64,000 bases of DNA from contig DATJUA010000053.1 in assembly GCA_035502815.1 (NCBI GenBank), positions 4,415 to 68,414 on the forward strand, written 5' to 3'. Made by a program: the position numbers and the translations under genes. Within the stretch, counting starts at the first letter, position 1. Every line of letters starts with the position of its first letter. Source of the DNA: Solirubrobacteraceae bacterium (lineage in GTDB: Bacteria > Actinomycetota > Thermoleophilia > Solirubrobacterales > Solirubrobacteraceae). Positions 29,210 through 37,160 of the stretch are shown here, piece by piece. The notes below the pieces were generated by a model. It saw only the letters and a program-made list of their open reading frames with translations, searched no databases and had not been told where the DNA came from.

Positions 29210-30157
29210 TCAGCTTGCGAGGACGTAGGAGGTGGCGATTCCAATCAGCGCGAGCAGGAAGGCCGCTCCGAGGTACTCGGCGATCCGGAAGAAGCGCAGC
29301 TTGGCGAACGAGCTGTCGATGACCACGATCACGAATCCGCACACCGCGAGCTTGCCGAGTAGCGCGAGGATCCCCAGTAGCCCCCCGACGAGACTGGTCG
29401 CACTGCCCAATCCCCAGGGGATCACGAACACGTTCATGAAAATTGCGGACATCAGGAACAGCTTCATCCACGACCCCCACTTGACCAGCGCGTACTCGCG
29501 GCCCGAGTACTCGAGCACGCGGCTCTCCTCGATCATCGAGATCTCGATCGTCCCGCTCGGGTTGTCGATCGGGATGCGACCGTTTTCGGCCAGCACGAGC
29601 ATGAAGAACGCGATCGCCCCGAGCAGGTGAGTTGGCAGCACGTACGCGGCGCTCGAGTGAGCGATCGCGTGGTTCTCCAGATAGGGGTTATCGGAGTGCG
29701 ACAGCGCCGCCACGGTGAAGAACACGAGAATCAGCGCCGGCTCGGCGAAGCTTCCGGCCCATGTGGTGCGGCTGGCGCCGAGGCCGCCGAATGGGCTGCT
29801 CGTGTCATACGCGGCCAGCGAGATCGCAAAGCTCGCGAGTCCGAGCACGAGCGCTCCGCCGATCAGATCCGCCAGGAAGGCCAGCGGAAGAGGCTCATCG
29901 GTGATGATCGGAACGATCGCCGAGACGGTGAGGTAGCAGGCGAATGCCACGAATGGCGCGCTCCGGAAGATCCAGGAGGCCTGATTGGAGATGGCGCTGC
30001 CCTTGCGCAGCAGCTTGTGCAGGTCACGGTACGGCTGGAGCACGCTCGGGCCGCGCTTGCACTGGACGATTGCTTCCGCCCGTGACAGCACGCCGGCGTA
30101 CAACGGCGCGGCAAATAGCACGACCGCGCTCTGAATTATCTGTAGCACATCGCCCAC
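29210..30157 (-). CDS. hyfC: Ehr/Hyf complex 1, HyfC/HycD (NuoH-like) subunit
   Basis: RGPSVLQPYRDL.KL, FGGLGASR, ENGRIPIDNP, SMI.E....EYSG and AKLR.FR motifs. Confidence 0.9.
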   Translation of the reverse strand: MGDVLQIIQSAVVLFAAPLYAGVLSRAEAIVQCKRGPSVLQPYRDLHKLLRKGSAISNQASWIFRSAPFVAFACYLTVSAIVPIITDEPLPLAFLADLIGGALVLGLASFAISLAAYDTSSPFGGLGASRTTWAGSFAEPALILVFFTVAALSHSDNPYLENHAIAHSSAAYVLPTHLLGAIAFFMLVLAENGRIPIDNPSGTIEISMIEESRVLEYSGREYALVKWGSWMKLFLMSAIFMNVFVIPWGLGSATSLVGGLLGILALLGKLAVCGFVIVVIDSSFAKLRFFRIAEYLGAAFLLALIGIATSYVLAS

Positions 30158-30204
30158 GCGCGCTCCTCGGCCACCGACTCCTTGGGATGGATGTCCAACT
30201 GGGC

Positions 30205-30268
30205 CTAGAAGCCATCACCCGCGCCCGCTGTCTATCGGACGCTTGGAGTTACGCGGGCCTCATCGCGT
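30205..30268 (-). ncRNA. Fluoride riboswitch (crcB motif) #1, upstream of Ehr operon 1
   Basis: Minus strand: ACGCG-AUGAGGCC-CGCGU-AACUCCAA-GCGUCCG..CGGGCGC-GGG-UGAU-GGCUUC-UAG. Pseudoknot GAGGCC/GGCUUC. Confidence 0.82.
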
Positions 30269-30279
30269 GGAACAAAGCC

Positions 30280-30331
30280 ATCATATCCACACCGGATGCC
30301 GATTGTCCACTGTCAGTGTCATTGATATAAT
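30280..30331. promoter_or_regulatory. Divergent sigma70-type promoters between riboswitches #1 and #2
   Basis: Plus: TTGTCC(30303-30308)-17 bp-TATAAT(30326-30331). Minus: TGGACA-18 bp-TATGAT(30280-30285). Confidence 0.65.
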
Positions 30332-30343
30332 TTTGTCTCTCAC

Positions 30344-30400
30344 ACGCGATGAGGCTCGCGTAACGCCAAGCCGCTCGTCGGCAGGGATGATGGCCTCTAC
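30344..30400 (+). ncRNA. Fluoride riboswitch #2, upstream of the DUF2180-like gene
   Basis: ACGCG-AUGAGGCU-CGCGU-AACGCCAAGCCG...UGAU-GGCCUC-UAC. Pseudoknot GAGGCU/GGCCUC. Confidence 0.82.
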
Positions 30401-30427
30401 GTCCCACCGACGAGATAGGAGGTAACT

Positions 30428-30637
30428 ATGCGTTGCTATCTGTGTGACAGCTCAGGTCAACCCACCGAAGCGGTGGCGATCTGCCGAGTGTGCGGCTTGG
30501 CGTTGTGCCGTGACCACCACGACGAGGCGCTGCTCGCGGACCGTCCGGCTGGCCTCGTGCGCCCCGGCTGTGTCCACGATCCGATCCGGTGGGCCCGAGT
30601 TCGCCGCGAGATTCAGAAGCTCGAAGCGCTGTTGTGA
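30428..30637 (+). CDS. Small Cys/His-rich putative Zn-binding protein (DUF2180-like)
   Basis: AGGAGG RBS; MRCYLC...AVAICRVCGLALCRDH. Confidence 0.8.
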   Translation: MRCYLCDSSGQPTEAVAICRVCGLALCRDHHDEALLADRPAGLVRPGCVHDPIRWARVRREIQKLEALL

Positions 30638-30661
30638 TCGGCTCGTGTCCGGTGAGTACAA

Positions 30662-31459
30662 CTACCACGGCGTCCACCCGAGGTCACGGGCTATGGCACG
30701 CGCGGTGTTCATGACCTGACCGGCAAGCTCGCGACGCGGCGACCGGTCGACGCACAGACGGTCGATTGGCCCCGAGATCGCGATGGCTCCGACCACAGCG
30801 CGATGGCGGCCCTCGATTGGCGCGGCGATCGATGCCACGCCAGGCAGAAACTCGCCAACATCATCGGACCAGCCCCGGTCCGCGGACTTCTCGAGCTGCT
30901 GCCGGAGCTGCTCGGGGTCCGTGACGGTGCCTGAGGTGCAACGTGCGAGCTCTGACCCTGCGATCGCCGATGCGAGGTCACGGTTGTGGGCGAGCAGCGC
31001 CTTGCCGACGGCGGTCGCATGCATCGGGATCAGATCGCCGACCGCGACCGGCTGCGGAGTGTCATCGGGATGGATGACATGGTGGATGACCAAGACGAGA
31101 TTGTCGTGCGGGGTGCCGATCCGAACGCTCTCGCCGGCCTGCGCGGCGAGGGTGTCCGACCATGGCAACGCGCGCAGGCGGAGTTCGTTGTCCTCCAGGT
31201 AGCGCGATCCGATGTGCAGAAGAGCAGGGCCGATCTGATATTTGCCCGACTCGCGGTCCTGCTCCACGAAGCCGACCATCTCGAGAGTGCGCAGGATCCC
31301 GTACGCCGTCCCCTTTGGCACCTGTAGTTCTCGCGCGAGCTCAGCCACGCCACGACGCGGCCGGCCGGTCAGGAGGCGTAACACGGTGGCGGCTCGCTCG
31401 ATGGACTGGATCTGCACGGACACCGTGTTCTCAGCCTTGACCGAAGCGGTCGCTGACAT
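30662..31459 (-). CDS. IclR family transcriptional regulator (GylR-like)
   Basis: IQSIERAATVL HTH, PKGTAYGILRTL, HATAVGKALLA and SIAAPI motifs. Confidence 0.9.
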   Translation of the reverse strand: MSATASVKAENTVSVQIQSIERAATVLRLLTGRPRRGVAELARELQVPKGTAYGILRTLEMVGFVEQDRESGKYQIGPALLHIGSRYLEDNELRLRALPWSDTLAAQAGESVRIGTPHDNLVLVIHHVIHPDDTPQPVAVGDLIPMHATAVGKALLAHNRDLASAIAGSELARCTSGTVTDPEQLRQQLEKSADRGWSDDVGEFLPGVASIAAPIEGRHRAVVGAIAISGPIDRLCVDRSPRRELAGQVMNTARAIARDLGWTPW

Positions 31460-31871
31460 GTGACGGCCGTTCGAGGTTGCCGAGCCACCTCGGCGTGTCA
31501 CGCCACTCGGACGCGAGATCGCGAGCGATCTCCTCGAGAATTGGGGGGCGGACCTCGGGACGTTCGTCCTGTTCGAGGTCGAGTGCCTTGAATCCGTTGA
31601 GGCGCGGGATGCCGCTGGCTTGCGCCAGGAACACGAGCTCGAGATCGTGCGTTCGTACCGACTGAACGATCTCGGACACGTACAGGAGGCGGCCCGGCAC
31701 CACCTCGAGTCCCGTCTCCTCCTCAACCTCCCGCTTGACCGCGTCGAGCACGGACTCGTATCGGTTGACGCGCCCGCCCGGCAGGGAGAGTTCGATCTGC
31801 CCGCGGCGTCGCTGCACCGCGACGATCAGACGGCCGTCAATCAGGATCACGGCTCGTGCCTTGACCCTCAC
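31431..31871 (-). CDS. NUDIX hydrolase
   Basis: Complete Nudix box GRVNRYESVLDAVKREVEEETGL. Confidence 0.88.
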   Translation of the reverse strand: MRVKARAVILIDGRLIVAVQRRRGQIELSLPGGRVNRYESVLDAVKREVEEETGLEVVPGRLLYVSEIVQSVRTHDLELVFLAQASGIPRLNGFKALDLEQDERPEVRPPILEEIARDLASEWRDTPRWLGNLERPSHVSDRFGQG

Positions 31872-33625
31872 GACTCGAGCTCCCCGGCCAATTGCTCGCA
31901 GCGTCGCTCGATCCGCGACAGCTCGTCAAGACGCGCGCGGGCCTGTTGCTCGCCGCGCCGGCGATCTCTCGTGGCACGCTCGATCGCGTCACGAATCGCC
32001 TCGACCGCCTCGTCCACAGCGCCGGTCAACTGACGTCGGTAGGACCGAACCGCTTCGGTCACGCGGCGGGCCAGCTCCGATCGCAGGCGGCCCGCGTGGC
32101 GGTCGGTCATTTCGATCAGCCGTTGCTCCGCGTCACGAATCACAAGGCGCCGACCCAAGGCGCCGGGCGCGATCGTTCGCCCGAAGCCGACGATGATGTC
32201 GAGCGCGTGCTCGACGTCCTTGAGCTTGAACGAAAAGCGCGACGGCTCGCGAAGACCCGTATCGGGCAGAGCGTCACTCGCTCGGGTGCCGAAGACCTCC
32301 TCGGCAGCCAGTTGGATCTCCTCGAGGATTCCCGCGATCCGGCTCGCATAACGCTCCTCGAGGTCCGTCAGCCGCTCGGCGATCTCCGCCTCGAAGCGCG
32401 GAGCCAGCCGCGCGAATTCGGCATGAATCGTTGTGTCGATCCAACCTTCGAGGTCGGCCGAGAGCTCTCGCCGGGTAGCCTTCGCGAGCTGATCCACGTG
32501 CGCGTGTAACTCGCTGCGCAGGCGCACCTGCTCGCGTCGCGCATACCCTTCCAGCGGCTCGTTGATCAGCTCGGTGAGAGCCCGGTCGATGCCGCGTTCT
32601 AGAAGGTCAGCGGCCTCCGTGCTCGCCGCTTTCAGCTCGGCGATCCGCTGCTCGAACAGCTCCACGCGCGTTGCGAGTTGATCGAGTGGCAGTTGGGTCG
32701 CGCGCGACTCGAAACGTGCCGCCTGGGCAATCTGCGCCGCGGTGCTCCTGGCCAGCTGTGCGACCGAGCGGAGCAGCAGCGCGCGTCGCTCGCCGGCGGC
32801 CAGCTGCCCGACGCGGGCAAGAAGCGGGGATACCTCCTCACGGCGGCGCGCGCTGACCGCGAACAGTTCCGGATCTGTTTCCCCGAGCAGGTCGCGAAGT
32901 GCGCCGCGGACGAACTCGATCGCCACGACGCGGTCGGCCCGGTCGAGATGATCGATCTTGTTGATCACCCACAGAAGCCTCGGTACGCGCTCGCTGGCCT
33001 CACGGAACAGCCCGCGCTCGGCCTCCGAAAGCGGCTGCCCGGCGTCCAGCACACATAGCGCCGCGTCCACGGACGGAAGAAACCCGTGCGCCACCTCGGT
33101 GTTGTGACTGTGAATCGAGCCGATGCCCGGGGTGTCGACGAGCTCGAGCCCGCCACGGAGGAGCTTGTGATCGAGCTCAACTCGCGCGCGCTCGACGCCG
33201 TGACGATTGCCGGGATTCCGCTCCTCGGTCACATACTCGGCCAGCTCGGCCAGCGGTCGTTCTTCCTGGCGACCGTCGTGGAAGGTGATCGAGAGTGAGT
33301 CGCTCGCGCCGGCCCCGATCACGGTCACCACGGAGGTGAGCGGGACGACGCCCGTGGGAAGCACGTCGCGACCGAGTAGCGCGTTGATCAGCGTGCTCTT
33401 GCCGCGCTTGAACTCGCCGAGGACCACGAGGTTGAATCGATCTTCGGCGACACGGGTCAACGCCGCGGCAAGGTGCTGACTGGGGGTGCCGGCGAGAAGA
33501 CCGGCGCCAAGGGATTGCAGCTCCTCGAGCGTGCGCAGCCAAGTATCGCGCTCGTCTACCCCTGTCCCGCTGCCCCCCATGGACGGGCGCGCCCGCCCAG
33601 GACCGCCCAGAACCGTTGGCTCCAC
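31868..33625 (-). CDS. Bacterial dynamin-like GTPase
   Basis: G1 GEFKRGKS, G2 TGVVPLT, G3 DTPG, G4 NKID, followed by a long coiled-coil region. Confidence 0.9.
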   Translation of the reverse strand: MEPTVLGGPGRARPSMGGSGTGVDERDTWLRTLEELQSLGAGLLAGTPSQHLAAALTRVAEDRFNLVVLGEFKRGKSTLINALLGRDVLPTGVVPLTSVVTVIGAGASDSLSITFHDGRQEERPLAELAEYVTEERNPGNRHGVERARVELDHKLLRGGLELVDTPGIGSIHSHNTEVAHGFLPSVDAALCVLDAGQPLSEAERGLFREASERVPRLLWVINKIDHLDRADRVVAIEFVRGALRDLLGETDPELFAVSARRREEVSPLLARVGQLAAGERRALLLRSVAQLARSTAAQIAQAARFESRATQLPLDQLATRVELFEQRIAELKAASTEAADLLERGIDRALTELINEPLEGYARREQVRLRSELHAHVDQLAKATRRELSADLEGWIDTTIHAEFARLAPRFEAEIAERLTDLEERYASRIAGILEEIQLAAEEVFGTRASDALPDTGLREPSRFSFKLKDVEHALDIIVGFGRTIAPGALGRRLVIRDAEQRLIEMTDRHAGRLRSELARRVTEAVRSYRRQLTGAVDEAVEAIRDAIERATRDRRRGEQQARARLDELSRIERRCEQLAGELES

Positions 33626-33654
33626 CAGACCTCCACAATCGTGGACTTTTGTCG

Positions 33655-33705
33655 GTAGAGGCCATCAGCGGCCGCAGCCGCGCTCCGAGCGAGCCTCATC
33701 GCTCG
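33655..33705 (-). ncRNA. Fluoride riboswitch #3, upstream of dynamin-NUDIX-IclR
   Basis: CGAGCG-AUGAGGCU-CGCUCG-GAGC-GCGGC-UGCG-GCCGC-UGAU-GGCCUC-UAC. A TATGCT -10-like element lies just upstream. Confidence 0.85.
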
Positions 33706-33756
33706 TGACGAAGCATAGCGGGCCACTCCACCGATCCGCGTCAGGACGCCCGCCTC

Positions 33757-34836
33757 TCAGAAACGATGCCGCGCCAGGCGCAACCCGCCGCGCGGACGCC
33801 CTCCCTCGGTCAACGTTGCTACCGCCGGCACCATCTCGCTTGTGACCAGCCCAGCCTGGTCGGTCATCTCGTCCACGATGTGAAACGACCGTGCGATGCC
33901 CTCGGGGGTGTCGATGATGATCGTAACTATCGGCACATGGCGTCGGAGCTGGAGCAACCGATCGCCGTGTGGAGCGTGGTCGCCGTGGAACCCCCAGACC
34001 CCTCGCACACATGTTGCGCCACTCGCCTGGCTTTCGCGCAGCTTCCGGACGAGGGCAAGATGCAGCGGGCTGCGGCCATGACGCGCCTGCTCTGAAGCGT
34101 AGATCATGAGCTTCTGCCAGACGGCGAGGCCACCCTTGTCGACCTCTGGCAGCGGGGTGGGGGGCGCCAGCAGATGCCCGTCGCGCTTGCACACGCGAAT
34201 GCGCTCGAGCGTGAGCAGCGGTCTCCGCAACAGACCGCCGAGTTCGGGCAGCACCTGGGAAATCTGCTCGCTGCCGCCCACCGCGATGATCATCATGGGC
34301 ACATCAGCGTTGCGTCCGAAGAAGTGGGCCCGCTGTCGTGTCCCGTGCGAGGTGCCATCGACTCCGAGCAGCGTCGTCGCGCCGGCGATGCCTCGTCGGT
34401 GCAGGAGCTTGCAGATCGCGATGTACGCGGGGATGCCGGAGATCCGCTCGGTGCGCCCGACGTAGACCGTCAGCTTTGTCGCCTCGTTTAGCTCCTCGGG
34501 CAAAGTGACTGGCACGATGTCGCCGCTGAGCATCCTTGCCCGCTCCAGAGTGATGAGGCCGTGCCGCTTGAGCTCGATGACCCCGGGAAGAAGACGCTCG
34601 ATGCGCGGGCGAGTATCGACTGCGACAGACACCAGGGGCAGATCCTCGGACAGGGTGAGCAGCCGGTCCGTGCGGCGGCGGTGCTTGACGCCGAAGCCCT
34701 CAGCGCCGCGAAGCATCACGCTGACCTCGATCTCCTCACGTCCATACAGATCGAGCAGAGCGTCGGCGACGAACTGGTGCTCGGTTCGGTGGCGCTCCCC
34801 GAAGTAAGTCGTGAGCTTGAGACAGTCTGAGTTCAC
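33757..34836 (-). CDS. Triple DUF190 (PII-like) domain protein
   Basis: Three repeats of KL..Y..E...G..G(F)G....P...(D); directly downstream of crcB as is typical. Confidence 0.85.
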   Translation of the reverse strand: MNSDCLKLTTYFGERHRTEHQFVADALLDLYGREEIEVSVMLRGAEGFGVKHRRRTDRLLTLSEDLPLVSVAVDTRPRIERLLPGVIELKRHGLITLERARMLSGDIVPVTLPEELNEATKLTVYVGRTERISGIPAYIAICKLLHRRGIAGATTLLGVDGTSHGTRQRAHFFGRNADVPMMIIAVGGSEQISQVLPELGGLLRRPLLTLERIRVCKRDGHLLAPPTPLPEVDKGGLAVWQKLMIYASEQARHGRSPLHLALVRKLRESQASGATCVRGVWGFHGDHAPHGDRLLQLRRHVPIVTIIIDTPEGIARSFHIVDEMTDQAGLVTSEMVPAVATLTEGGRPRGGLRLARHRF

Positions 34837-35198
34837 AGGTGGGTGCCGATCAGACGGCCCAGGGCCGCCGCGCCGAGTCCGACGAGAAGGCTGAAGAGGA
34901 TGTTGCCGCCCGCCGCGGCCAGCTCACCGTCCTCGACGAGCCGCTGACTTTCAAGCATCCAGGTCGAGAACGTGGTGTAGGAGCCGAGCGTCGCCGTGCC
35001 GGCGAGCAGCAAACTGTCGCCGGTGAACCCCAGCCCGACGAGCAGCCCGAGAATCGCCGCTCCGCTGATGTTGACGACGAACGTCCCCAGGGGTAAGTCT
35101 CGCCCGACGCGAGCCGCGATCAGCCCGTCGAGAAAGAACCGAAGCAGTGCACCGGTTCCGCCGAGAAACCCGACCCCTATCCACACCCAGAGGGTCAC
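34833..35198 (-). CDS. crcB: Fluoride channel Fluc/CrcB subunit 2
   Basis: GGTGALLRF, PLGTFVVNISG and GSYTTFSTW motifs; GTG at 35198. Confidence 0.92.
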   Translation of the reverse strand: MTLWVWIGVGFLGGTGALLRFFLDGLIAARVGRDLPLGTFVVNISGAAILGLLVGLGFTGDSLLLAGTATLGSYTTFSTWMLESQRLVEDGELAAAGGNILFSLLVGLGAAALGRLIGTHL

Positions 35199-35593
35199 GC
35201 CACCGTCCTGACCCGACGGACGAACGAGGTGGCCAAATGAACGCTGCCGTACCCGAGAATGATGCTGGCCGCGGCGTAGGCAACTGCCAGCCCATAGCGG
35301 TGCGCGTCGAGCATCGTGACCAGCTCGAGCTGCATGGTCGAGAAGGTGGTGAACGCCCCGCAGAACCCAGTGCCCAACAGCGGTCGGCGGTAGGCAGACA
35401 GCGGCAGACGCTCCTGGAGCCGGGTGGCGAAGTACCCGAGCATGAAGGTGCCAATGACGTTTTCGGAGAACGTGACCCACGGCCAGCCGGGAGCCGCCCC
35501 AGCCCCCGTCTGAAGCAAGGCGACGCGCAGCAAAGCGCCGACCACGCCGCCGGCGAAGATCGCACCCAGCTCGCGTCTGTCCCGTCCCGGCAC
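35195..35593 (-). CDS. crcB: Fluoride channel Fluc/CrcB subunit 1
   Basis: GGVVGALLR, WPWVTFSEN and GTGFCGAFTTFST motifs. Confidence 0.92.
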   Translation of the reverse strand: MPGRDRRELGAIFAGGVVGALLRVALLQTGAGAAPGWPWVTFSENVIGTFMLGYFATRLQERLPLSAYRRPLLGTGFCGAFTTFSTMQLELVTMLDAHRYGLAVAYAAASIILGYGSVHLATSFVRRVRTVA

Positions 35594-35636
35594 GACCCGG
35601 ATGGTATTGCGCTCGCTGCCCGAGGCTAAGGGTTCA

Positions 35637-37160
35637 CTAACTCCGACGTATGTCCGGCATCACGGCAGGCGTGGAGCTGATGTCCCGGCCGAAGATCCTC
35701 CGATACGAGTCCTCGCCGTAGCTGGTGGGCAATGGCTCACCCTCAGCGATCACGTAGGGACGAGCTCCCTCCGTGCCTCTCTCGGCTCGGAGGAACAACG
35801 TACTGCCGACTCCCTGGCGGAAGAAGCTGCTGGCGAGGTCGAACATGTGGGTTACAAACAGCACCTTGACGCCGGCTTCGAGCAGCGCGGTCACCACTTG
35901 CCGGGCGATCTGGGAGCCCTCTCGCTCGTTGGTGCTCGCGAACGACTCGTTGCACAGCAGGAGGCAGTCAGAGGCGATGTGGTCAGCGATCTCGCTCATT
36001 CGGGCTAGCTCTTCATCGAGCTTTCCGCTCTCCATCGACTCGTCTTCCTCGCGCTTGTAGTGGGTGAAGAGGCCTTCGCACACGTTCACTCGCAGGGACT
36101 GCGCGCCGACGAACATCCCGCACTGGGTCATGAGCTGCGCGAGACCGATGCTGCGCAGGAAGGTGGATTTGCCTCCCTGGTTGGCGCCTGTGATCATCAC
36201 CAGTGACTTGCCATCCGCGTCAATGTCGTTGCTGACCACCTGCTCAGTGGTGGTGAGCCTCAAGGAGACGTCGTACAGTCCCCGGGCGGAGAGCACGAGG
36301 TCACCGGGCCCGCTCGCGACAGGGAACGCCGTTTTCTCCCCGAGCTCCGCGAGGCGCTCGCTCAGGTTCAGACACCCGACATAGAACCCAATCTCGACGC
36401 GCAGCATCACGAAGAAGCTGTGGACGTGATCGACTGCTTGCGCCAGCGCGTTTGCCACCAGGTTGAGGCCTTTTTCTTCCAAGTCAGACAGCGCTCTGAA
36501 CCCGCTCTCGTCACGATCGGGAATGGTGAAGCTGTAGCCCGAGCGATCGAACATGCGCTCCAGCAGCCCCTGCTCGCGGGGCCGGCGCAGCGTGTAGTCG
36601 TGGCCCTTGTTGCCGGTCGACAATCGCGCGCTCATGAGCATGCCGTTCTTGAACTTAAGCGTCTCCAGGTAGCCGGCGACGAGCTCGAAGTAGTCCTCGT
36701 CGAGCTCGGTCCGCAGCATCTCAAAGAATCGCGTGAACCCGGGCGAGTTGAAGTCCGGGGCATGTGCGTCCGTCAACTCGCGCAACCGCCGGAGAAAGCC
36801 CAGGAACAGCCCCAATTTCTGCACCGAGGTCGACAGCGAGGTCCGGGGCGAGTGCCTCAGGCTTCCCCAGACGGTCCTTTCGGCGCTTAGCGCCTCGCCG
36901 GCCAGCTCGTAGAGCTCGCGGACGACCGCGGCCCGGTCGAGCGAGTCGGTCAGCACCTGCTGGCGGTAGACGATGGCCTCGGGATCGCGCAGACTCACGA
37001 GCAGCGCCCGGTAGGCCACGTCGAAGATGAGATCGTCGCCTGACGCCATCGTCCTCAGGAGCCTCTCGAGCTCCAGGTCCTGCGTGAGCGCACGCGCCTG
37101 CGCCGGCAGGTTTGCCTCTAGCGCGAAATCGCGGTCGGCGTGCATGAGGAAGGCTTTCAT
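35637..37160 (-). CDS. MutS-related ATPase (domain V only) B
   Basis: ATG at 37160 overlaps the upstream stop. TGANQGGKST, FTHYKREED, CNESFAST and FVTH motifs. Confidence 0.88.
   Translation of the reverse strand: MKAFLMHADRDFALEANLPAQARALTQDLELERLLRTMASGDDLIFDVAYRALLVSLRDPEAIVYRQQVLTDSLDRAAVVRELYELAGEALSAERTVWGSLRHSPRTSLSTSVQKLGLFLGFLRRLRELTDAHAPDFNSPGFTRFFEMLRTELDEDYFELVAGYLETLKFKNGMLMSARLSTGNKGHDYTLRRPREQGLLERMFDRSGYSFTIPDRDESGFRALSDLEEKGLNLVANALAQAVDHVHSFFVMLRVEIGFYVGCLNLSERLAELGEKTAFPVASGPGDLVLSARGLYDVSLRLTTTEQVVSNDIDADGKSLVMITGANQGGKSTFLRSIGLAQLMTQCGMFVGAQSLRVNVCEGLFTHYKREEDESMESGKLDEELARMSEIADHIASDCLLLCNESFASTNEREGSQIARQVVTALLEAGVKVLFVTHMFDLASSFFRQGVGSTLFLRAERGTEGARPYVIAEGEPLPTSYGEDSYRRIFGRDISSTPAVMPDIRRS

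Noticed and set aside
31868-33625. Dynamin-based anti-phage system
   Set aside because: Single dynamin with no defence-type neighbours; the context is a riboswitch-led stress operon. Not formally excluded.
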